Below the pieces are notes generated by a model. That model was not told where the DNA came from. It ran no database searches and saw only the letters and a program-made list of their open reading frames with translations. A stretch of DNA of 64,000 nucleotides from Nannocystales bacterium (GTDB taxonomy: Bacteria; Myxococcota_A; Polyangia; Nannocystales; Nannocystaceae), in the NCBI GenBank assembly GCA_050633305.1, contig JBOEGF010000018.1:192001-256000 (forward strand), written 5' to 3'. Both the position numbers and the translations under genes were made by a program. Shown here in pieces: positions 57,801 through 64,000 of this stretch (position 1 is its first letter; each line of letters opens with the position of its first letter).

Positions 57801-58250
57801 GCCAAAGTCGAGGTGCACCAGCTCGCCGAACTCGTCCGAGTCGCGGTCGATGTTGATCAAGTAGATCGCGTCGTCGCTGGTGTCGTAGTCCGCATCGTCA
57901 TGGCGGTTGATGATCGACATGGGATCGATGGGCCCGGTGAACGGGACGGAGATCGCCTGGTACAGGCCCCATCCGTCGAGTTCGTCGATCAACCGACGCG
58001 TTCGCTGCTCCATCACGCTTGGCGCGATCATCGAGGCATTGACCCGCCTGCCGGTCCGCGAGTGGTCGTCCGGCCGGGTCGCGATGTCGTTGGGCAGCGG
58101 GATCTCGGGCAGCGGACGCGCGTCGAAGTCGAACTTCACGGTCACGTCCGCGTCCTGTGCCAGCAGAAGACCTTCGGCCGGACTACAGCCGGCGAGAGCC
58201 ACCAGCGACAGTCCCCACACCCACGAACGCATCGGTTTACGGCTACGCAT
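54834..58250 (-). CDS. Large lipoprotein with alpha/beta-hydrolase (lipase-like) core and Ca-binding-type repeats
   Basis: LAGC lipobox; PLPNDIAT; Ig-like N-terminal region; GHGYGS oxyanion-type motif; GASLGG nucleophile elbow; QHGF; DxNxNG repeats. Confidence 0.82.
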   Translation of the reverse strand: MRSRKPMRSWVWGLSLVALAGCSPAEGLLLAQDADVTVKFDFDARPLPEIPLPNDIATRPDDHSRTGRRVNASMIAPSVMEQRTRRLIDELDGWGLYQAISVPFTGPIDPMSIINRHDDADYDTSDDAIYLINIDRDSDEFGELVHLDFGNGNYPVTLERNDRYGTNDPRAGSLSLMFEETDEDLNGNGKLDPGEDANHNGVLDAGEDINGNGVLDLPEDTDADGILDKPNYLPGRNPTADDLAGRADALMSFYERETNTVIAKPMMPLREQTTYAMVVTRRVRDENGEPVGSPFNYVNHAGQTQALEPLLEVLPEGLSESDIAFAFPYTTMSAADDWVAVRDGLYGHGVQSHIADEFAPELAQLFKLKETEPGTRFEGRTPYVMHHEDWVGVLTLAGTALLDLELGSQQATAMLDGHSYVDFHAMGTYQSPQLFDRFDEDGKPLNLDLQSWPHDLDRTPVGARAEEVPFWAVLPRKEVSARGEGKMAPIVLLGHGYGSNRVGEMIGFSGFLSMFGMATISTDNVSHGLGLNPDEGDLLRGFLDTAGLGPSAEALEFVRGGFVEEPDGTMRRFQDLDRDGVVDSGVDFWTSYLFHTRDMMRQSSLDYMQLIRTVRTWDGTKTWAWDVNGNGVEDDLAGDFDGDGFVDIGSESPIYMLGASLGGIMATTLGAVEPEIEAIVPIAGGARLADVGARSMQGGVPQAVMMRVIGPTYQITVADDGSADIFTQFTELNSLTDIPIRRLVPPSAVDAEGRPGSDPGLQPGDTMVVTNMVNEEVACAYILPDADDNGVAGRARISLPSDLGDGVEIALYRGPVLETGSEECELIEDPGEPLLVIDQMETPIHEDGTPYTIEGIPVPGGDLIALAEGLGLERNRPALRRFMDLGQMVLDPTDPGVVSRYLSRDSLVYPGTGDETGARYLIVTTTGDMSVPAHSGVTVARAAGAVNYLDPDPRWGVPPNQVLLDTHSAEAINIFRRYEYTNPPESDEDRSLLGLDGSLGVHMDVESFSEGDDIWGDNIPRLEEPLHLVSTQDSFGNDTRGYSGAVFPYAIPQGQHGFALPGQMSDWALELCDPDVEDSCSANAVVGESYDVGWAMFHMLGTFMLEPNTDPLQSRCWTKEACNDLPPTPEAREPADLP
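57561..57704 (-). repeat. Four tandem 36-nt (12-aa) DxNxNG Ca-binding-type repeats
   Basis: EDLNGNGKLDPG / EDANHNGVLDAG / EDINGNGVLDLP / EDTDADGILDKP. Confidence 0.8.
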
Positions 58251-58462
58251 GACGAGTTGCGCTTATACCGCGGGTTGGGGGCTGTTGGTCAGAGCGGGGT
58301 TCTCGCCGCTGCGTGAGCGAACGGAGGACACAGCTTGGTCTGCGTCGGACAACACCGAGCCGAACTGCGGTGTCCAGCCCGCGCAACGGCCCGGTGCCGC
58401 TGAAAAGTCTCGCGGCTGTGGTCGCTAGGCCTCAGGGAGGGCCGAGCCGTACGTGGAACCGC

Positions 58463-60280
58463 TTAGTAGCGGATCTCGGTGCGGAACCAGACCGCACCCA
58501 CGGGTCCGTCGGTGTTGCCGACGTCGTTCGCAATTCCGGCGCCCGGAAGCAGGAGTCCACCTTGCAGGCCGGCCTGCAGCCAGAACTTGTTGATGTCGAA
58601 GCGCGCGCGGATTCCGAGGTCGAGCTCGGTCCCGTAGTAGCGCTTGTCTCCATCGCCCGCCACGGAGTTGGTGGGGGTGCCACCCTCGAGGCGGGTGACG
58701 AAGGGATCCACAACGGGGACGGGCGCGGCGGCGAACAGAGGCCCGCCCCAGATCTCCAGCCGCTCCCAAAGGGAGTAGCGGAACTTGGGATGCGCGTACA
58801 AGGCGTTGCTCACCCCGCCGCGGGTGGGGATGAACTGGGTGCCGTTGAGCGGGACACCGGTGAGCTCGCCATCCGTCGCGAGCATCTCGCTGCGGGCACT
58901 TCGCCAGCCTTGAACCTGTTTGAACAGGACCAGGCCCGCGGTGTGACCAGCGTCGAACGTGAAGTTGTTGATCCGGCGGTCGGTTGGGTTGGGGTCACCG
59001 CTGGCGTAGCCCAGGTCGGCTCCCAACAGCCAGGTGTCGTGGTCGCCGAAGAACCCTCGCGCGACCGCGCCGCCCTGTCGGATCTTGTGGGTGCCGTGTT
59101 CGTCGCGCGCGATGGTGGTGCGTCCGGCGATGAAGGTGCTCTCGAACGCCCCGATGAGCTGCATGTCGTCGCGCAGCCACTTGGTGCCCTGGCCGGCGAT
59201 GTTGAACGCGCCGACTTCGAGGTCGTTGTCGTTGGCGTACAGGTCACCATCATCCGCGGTCGTTTGGTTGCGATAGACCGCGTAACCGCCGATCCAGTTG
59301 GTGGGGGTCTTCTCCGGCTGGTACCGGACGATCACCAACGCTTGTCCGGTGAGGTCGCCGTCGGTCAGGACGGAACGCTCGTCCCGGAAGACGATGTCGC
59401 CGCCGAACCCGATGGCCAAGTGTTTGATTTTGCCCGCGCGGTAGGAGAACGGCTTGGTCACGAAGAGCAGGCGCTCGTAGATGTCGCCCGGTCCGTCGTC
59501 GCCAAACTTCATGTCCCCGAAACGGTCGAGGTTGTTGCCGTCGTTGGCCAGAATGCCCTGGCCCCATGTGAAGGATTGCTGACCCAGACGGATCAGGCCG
59601 AACGGTAGACGTGCTTCGAAGTAGAGCTCGCGGGGGTCGACGATGGTCAGGTCGGTGCGGTCCGGCGGGTGGCCGCGGTCGATGATCTCGTCGATGACCG
59701 GGTCCTCGCTGCCCGAAGGAGCCCAGCGCCCGTTGGCCAGGTCGAGCATGCCGACGAAGCGGAACTTCTTGCGGATCTCCAGCTTGGGATTCCAGCGGAT
59801 CCGTCCGGTGGAGAACCCTCCCTCGTCGTACGTCTCGCCGTTGCGATCGAGGGTGAACTGATCCACCCAACCGATCTGGTTGCGGACTTGAATGCCGGGG
59901 TAAAACTTGACCCTGCGTTTGCCGATGGAGGCGACCTCGTCGGCGGGGACCCCGGCCACGGTGGTGAGCGCACGAGGGGCCTCGCGCCGGACCTTCAGTG
60001 CTGGCTGGGCTGCAGGCGGCTGGGCGGCGGGTGGGGTGGCAGCGGGGGCTGACTCCGGTTTGGGCTCTGCCTCCGGTGTTGCTTCCGGCTCTTGTGCGCG
60101 CCCGGCCATGTCGGCTTCGGGTGCGGGCGTGGGCACCGCTGTGGCGCCCTCGTAGCCGCGACCCTGATCGCCCTGCGAGGGGGCGCCGGGCTCAGTGGGC
60201 TCGGCGGTCGTCGCTGGGGCGTCGGTAGACGCGGTTGCAGGTGCAGCTACAGCGAGGCAGAGCAGAGCCGATGCGAGCAT
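58463..60280 (-). CDS. Putative outer-membrane beta-barrel protein
   Basis: Signal peptide, Pro/Ala/Glu linker, alternating amphipathic strands (RLGQQSFTWGQGILANDG; YYGTELDLG), C-terminal beta-signal-like VWFRTEIRY. Confidence 0.8.
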   Translation of the reverse strand: MLASALLCLAVAAPATASTDAPATTAEPTEPGAPSQGDQGRGYEGATAVPTPAPEADMAGRAQEPEATPEAEPKPESAPAATPPAAQPPAAQPALKVRREAPRALTTVAGVPADEVASIGKRRVKFYPGIQVRNQIGWVDQFTLDRNGETYDEGGFSTGRIRWNPKLEIRKKFRFVGMLDLANGRWAPSGSEDPVIDEIIDRGHPPDRTDLTIVDPRELYFEARLPFGLIRLGQQSFTWGQGILANDGNNLDRFGDMKFGDDGPGDIYERLLFVTKPFSYRAGKIKHLAIGFGGDIVFRDERSVLTDGDLTGQALVIVRYQPEKTPTNWIGGYAVYRNQTTADDGDLYANDNDLEVGAFNIAGQGTKWLRDDMQLIGAFESTFIAGRTTIARDEHGTHKIRQGGAVARGFFGDHDTWLLGADLGYASGDPNPTDRRINNFTFDAGHTAGLVLFKQVQGWRSARSEMLATDGELTGVPLNGTQFIPTRGGVSNALYAHPKFRYSLWERLEIWGGPLFAAAPVPVVDPFVTRLEGGTPTNSVAGDGDKRYYGTELDLGIRARFDINKFWLQAGLQGGLLLPGAGIANDVGNTDGPVGAVWFRTEIRY

Positions 60281-60293
60281 CCCGCGGACGCTA

Positions 60294-62735
60294 TCACGTC
60301 CGTACGCGGACGAGCCAAGCCGTACACGCCAACAATGCGACGTAACACACTGCTCCGGCGTAGAGCGTCGCGGCGATTCCCCAAGCCATCGAGCACGTCA
60401 GCGCGAGGCCACTGGCCACGACACCGCATGCTCCGTTGACGCCCCACATCCACGGACCGAGGTCAGGTCGACCTTCTCCGGAAAGGGCACTGACCAGGCG
60501 AAGCCCAAGGGGGAATCCTAACCCCATGCCGAGTGCGGGAACCCCAACGACCGCGACGCCAGCGAGGACTCTGGTTGCCGTGGGGGCGCTCGCCAACGCC
60601 TGCATGATCGGATCGAGGGTCAATGCGACACCGACGACAAGCAGGGCGGGGAGCAGGGGGTACAGCCGCGCGACCACCGGATGGTCCATGGGGACCTTGC
60701 CCGAGAGCAGGCTGCCGACCCCCGTAAAGAAGATGATGCCGCCCAACAACGAGGCAAGCGCGAGGGTGGGGTGGCCTATGAAGACGTTCAGCCGCGAAAG
60801 CAGCCCCATCTCCACGAACATGAAGCCCAGCCCGATGAGCGCGAAGTAGCCACACGAAGCGCCAACATCCGCCAAGCGGTACCCCGAGAGGTCCTTGCGT
60901 CGCCACAACAGTGGAATCACCACCGCGAAGAACGTCAGCACCGTGGACGCAACCGTGGCGTAGATGAGGGTCTGTGTGGCGTAGAGGTTGCCGAGGAACG
61001 CGTGGTCGAGTTCTCCGAGATCCTCACCGTGCGTGAGCCATGCTCCGGGCCGGAGCATGTTGAAGAAGAACGGGCGCTCGTCCGTCGGCGGCGTGAAATC
61101 CAGGTCTTGCGTTCGCGCCCACGCCCACATGGCGTCACGATCGGTGAACTCGGCGAGCTCGCGAAGCATGGGGTTGAGTGGCAGGCGTCGGGGGGTGAGC
61201 AGCATGTTGTAGCCGCGCTTGACCGCCTGACGTTGCACGCGATCGATGTCCTTGTCGGAGAAGGGCAACGCGGAGACCAACAGCGTGGCGATCGCCTGGT
61301 TCTGCAGCAGCACGATGTGCTTGCGCGGCTCCTTGACGCCCAGAGACCACAAGGTCTCCATGGCGAGCCCGAGCATCCTGGCGGTCTCCCCAGGGGAGGA
61401 AGGCTTGTACCAACGGGACACCGTGAAGATGCCTTTGGGCTCGAGGCGGCTGAGGAAGATCCGCCACGCTTCGACGGTGTACAGCCCGTTCTCAGACAGC
61501 GCGTAGGCTCCCGCGCCCGTTGCAGCCCACGTGTCGATGAGCGACATCGTGAGCACCCGATAGCGTTGCTGGTCTCGGGCCATGAACGATCGAGCCTCGT
61601 CGTTGACCAGCGTGACGCCTGGGAGGTCGGCGATGCCGGAGAACTCCCGCATCGGGCCCTCGTGCAGGTGCACGATCAGGTCGTTGAGCTCCACGCCCAC
61701 GACTTTGTCGTGTCCGACCCGGACGGCTTCGAGCACATCGCGGCCTCCACCGACTCCGATGACGGCCGCCGGCCCGTGGGGCCGCAGAAGGTGTGCGAAC
61801 GAGGTGACGTCCCACGCCAGGTACCGGTGCATGTCCGGTGCGCCCGGAACATCGTCGTCGGGGTTGGTGTCGAGACCGGCCATCATGGTCCCCGCGGCTC
61901 CGTCGATCTTGACGAAGCGCTGCGGGATCGCCTGGGCGAGCTCCGGCGGAAGTTTTCGGGAGGGTGCCCACAGGGCCGGGGGCACCTCGATGGTGTCGTC
62001 GACCGTGACCCGCGAGTAGGTGTTCCACTCGCGGAAGGCGTGGATCGAGCGGACGTCCTCGAAACCTTTCACGTAGCGGGGGTAGACCAGTCCACCATCG
62101 GTGGCAGCGTTGCCGATCCCGCCGCCCACCAAGACGACGGTGAGCGCGAGCAAGCCCCGCAACTGCCCCGCGCTCACGGCTGACTGGCCGCCGCGCGCGA
62201 ATGCGTAGCCCGACGCCGCGGCGAGCCCACTGGCGATCAGGATGCCGCTGGGAGCATCAACCAAGTCGAGCAGCGGGATCACGACGACGCAACCCGCGGC
62301 CGCTCCTACCAGATCGACCCCGTACACGGTCCCTGGCGGCATGCCGGCTCGCGTGAGGGCCAGCGTGAGAACGACGCCGCTGACCGTGAACGGGATCGCG
62401 AGTGCGGTGCCGTATCCGAGGGTCTCCGCGAAGCTCGCGGCCGAGGTGATCGGCTCGAGAGGGATCTGAAGGGCGGCCCAAACGCCCACCGGCATCAAGA
62501 CCGCGAGCAGCCCGGAGCCCTGAACCAGCCTCAGCGTGATGTCTTCGTCGCGGAACCACTTGGGTCGAACGAAAACCACGACGGCGCCCGCGGTCATGCC
62601 GAGCATGGCCAGCGAGATCACGAAGAAGGCCAAGTGGTACCAGGCGACGACCGAGGTGATGCGCGTGAGCAGCACCTCGATGATCAGGGTCGCCATGGCG
62701 ATGAGGAACACGCCCGAGTAGGTGGCCTTGCGCAT
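60294..62735 (-). CDS. Multi-TM spermidine-synthase-like (class I SAM-dependent) membrane protein
   Basis: About seven N-terminal TMs, soluble domain VIGVGGGRDV...GVELN...DEARSF...ENGLYTVEA, TDERPFF, then more TMs (MGLGFPLGL, WGVNG). Start ATG 62735. Confidence 0.85.
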   Translation of the reverse strand: MRKATYSGVFLIAMATLIIEVLLTRITSVVAWYHLAFFVISLAMLGMTAGAVVVFVRPKWFRDEDITLRLVQGSGLLAVLMPVGVWAALQIPLEPITSAASFAETLGYGTALAIPFTVSGVVLTLALTRAGMPPGTVYGVDLVGAAAGCVVVIPLLDLVDAPSGILIASGLAAASGYAFARGGQSAVSAGQLRGLLALTVVLVGGGIGNAATDGGLVYPRYVKGFEDVRSIHAFREWNTYSRVTVDDTIEVPPALWAPSRKLPPELAQAIPQRFVKIDGAAGTMMAGLDTNPDDDVPGAPDMHRYLAWDVTSFAHLLRPHGPAAVIGVGGGRDVLEAVRVGHDKVVGVELNDLIVHLHEGPMREFSGIADLPGVTLVNDEARSFMARDQQRYRVLTMSLIDTWAATGAGAYALSENGLYTVEAWRIFLSRLEPKGIFTVSRWYKPSSPGETARMLGLAMETLWSLGVKEPRKHIVLLQNQAIATLLVSALPFSDKDIDRVQRQAVKRGYNMLLTPRRLPLNPMLRELAEFTDRDAMWAWARTQDLDFTPPTDERPFFFNMLRPGAWLTHGEDLGELDHAFLGNLYATQTLIYATVASTVLTFFAVVIPLLWRRKDLSGYRLADVGASCGYFALIGLGFMFVEMGLLSRLNVFIGHPTLALASLLGGIIFFTGVGSLLSGKVPMDHPVVARLYPLLPALLVVGVALTLDPIMQALASAPTATRVLAGVAVVGVPALGMGLGFPLGLRLVSALSGEGRPDLGPWMWGVNGACGVVASGLALTCSMAWGIAATLYAGAVCYVALLACTAWLVRVRT

Positions 62736-62736
62736 G

Positions 62737-63336
62737 TCAGTCGACTTTGAACGAGTAGTCGACGCCCATCGTGGATCCGTCGAAACTCGGGAAGCGGTGA
62801 CCATACACGACCTTGCGAGCACACGGGACGACCCCGGCCTTCTTCAGGTTTCCGCTGGCCTTCACCGTCACACCGCCAACTTTGCCACTGGGCTCGATGG
62901 ACAGCACGAAATCGAGTTCGCCCTTGAGGCCTTCATCGTGTGCGAGGGCGGACTTCTCGATGCATTTGTTGAACTTAGGTTCGAGTCGCGACAGATGCTG
63001 CCGGATCGTGCGATCGGCGAGCCGCTCGGTTCCAGCGTCCATGTCCAAGCCCTTGGCGGCCTTGGGATCGTAGCCGGGGACGTTGCTATCGTCTTCGGCC
63101 TTGAACCCTCCGCCCCCGTCCTTGGGCGCGGAGGAGCCTTTCCGGCGGCGGCGTCTCTTCTTCTTGCCCGAGGTCGGCTCGGGCTCGGGCTCGGGCGCTT
63201 CGAGCTCTGCAACGACACACTTCCCTGCTTCGCATTTTGTGCCTTCTCCGCACACGCCGTAGCACGCGTCAGGTCCCGGCTTCGGGTCGCATGCGGCAAC
63301 GAGCAAGACCGCGGTGGTAGCCAGCCAGCCCCTCAT
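62737..63336 (-). CDS. Lipoprotein with AgmX/PglI C-terminal (TonB-C-like) domain
   Basis: LVAAC lipobox from ATG 63336; small Cys knot CYGVCGEGTKCEAGKC; KKKRRRRRK; IRQHLSRLEPKFNKC...GELDFVLSIEPSGKV...C...FP. Confidence 0.8.
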   Translation of the reverse strand: MRGWLATTAVLLVAACDPKPGPDACYGVCGEGTKCEAGKCVVAELEAPEPEPEPTSGKKKRRRRRKGSSAPKDGGGGFKAEDDSNVPGYDPKAAKGLDMDAGTERLADRTIRQHLSRLEPKFNKCIEKSALAHDEGLKGELDFVLSIEPSGKVGGVTVKASGNLKKAGVVPCARKVVYGHRFPSFDGSTMGVDYSFKVD

Positions 63337-63373
63337 GCGCCCGAAGGTATCAGACGCGGTATGGTCTTCGGCG

Positions 63374-64000
63374 ATGTGGCGACCTCCCGAACGGATTCGG
63401 CATCCGCTCCCCGACGACGCATGGCCTACGGCTGAGCAGGCGGCTGCATCTCGATGGTTCTCTCCCGTTTCGATGGGTCCGCTCACGTTGGCCCATCGCA
63501 CCTGGATCCCCGCGATGGTCCCGTGGCGGGCGACTGAGGAGGGATTCGTGACCCCGGATGTGCTGGCTTGGTATGGGCGATTCGCACAAGGACGGCCGGG
63601 GGCGATCGTCGTCGAGGCGACGGGGATCCGGGACGTGCCCAGCGGGCCCTTGCTGCGGGTCGGTCATGACCGCTTCGTGCCCGGTCTGCGCGAGTTGGTC
63701 GAGACGGTCCGGGAGCGCAGCGGTGGTCACACGAAGCTGTTCATCCAGTTGATCGACTTCCTACGAATCCGAAGACGCCCGGCCAAGGACCGGTTTCTCC
63801 GGCAGTTTCTGTCTGTGACCGATGCGCACCGTGAGGCGGTGGGCGAACAAGACGAGGCGAGCGTCCGCGCAGCGTTGCTTGCGATGACGGACGAATCCCT
63901 CCACGCTGTGCTCTCGCCAAGGGAGCGGGAAGCGCTGACCCACGGGGACCGTGAGCGGGTGACGGACGTCCATCTACCGCATGTTGCGGAGCTTCCTGCC
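63374..64000 (+). CDS. NADH:flavin oxidoreductase / Old Yellow Enzyme family (partial, runs off the window)
   Basis: Not in the ORF track; manual translation MWRPPERIRHP...WFSPVSMGPLTLAHRTWIPAMVPWRATEEGFVTPDVLAWYGRFAQGRPGAIVVEATGI...GHDRFVPGLRELVETV...KLFIQL matches the OYE TIM-barrel N-terminus. Confidence 0.85.
   Translation, partial: MWRPPERIRHPLPDDAWPTAEQAAASRWFSPVSMGPLTLAHRTWIPAMVPWRATEEGFVTPDVLAWYGRFAQGRPGAIVVEATGIRDVPSGPLLRVGHDRFVPGLRELVETVRERSGGHTKLFIQLIDFLRIRRRPAKDRFLRQFLSVTDAHREAVGEQDEASVRAALLAMTDESLHAVLSPREREALTHGDRERVTDVHLPHVAELPA

Noticed and set aside
1..64000. CRISPR arrays, tRNA/rRNA, integrases, transposases, prophage or known defence genes
   Set aside because: By eye I found no spaced direct repeats, tRNA T-loop/cloverleaf or recombinase/transposase motifs; tRNAscan-SE, Infernal and DefenseFinder would be needed to exclude them formally.

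Overview
Gene-dense, high-GC chromosomal segment with about 46 supportable CDS. Both end genes run off the window and are absent from the ORF track: a minus-strand PD40/amidohydrolase at <1..2440 and a plus-strand flavin oxidoreductase at 63374..>64000. Three eukaryote-like Ser/Thr kinases, many lipoproteins and AgmX/PglI-C-like domains suggest a Myxococcota genome (inference). Recognisable housekeeping genes are an AGCS symporter, phhB, an M20 hydrolase, pspA, uppS-cdsA, apaG, ahcY with a divergent LysR, yccF, an SDR and a 2-oxoacid dehydrogenase E1a-E1b-E2-E3 operon. I saw no rRNA, tRNA, CRISPR array, integrase or transposase. The most striking observation is in the 2-oxoacid dehydrogenase operon. 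E2 and E3 look intact, but both E1 subunits, although uninterrupted and translationally coupled, have lost their ThDP/Mg-binding and catalytic residues, which suggests a maintained pseudo-E1. Other candidates: a five-repeat zinc-ribbon protein with Arg-rich tracts; a coupled GATase-II/toroid/split-HTTM operon; an ADC-flavoprotein fusion behind a STAND kinase; a 2417-aa transglutaminase lipoprotein with a C10 tract; a Tat-lipoprotein FkbM methyltransferase; and a recurrent TAnnnT element just upstream of start codons (leaderless-type). All family assignments come from motif recognition by eye, not database searches.
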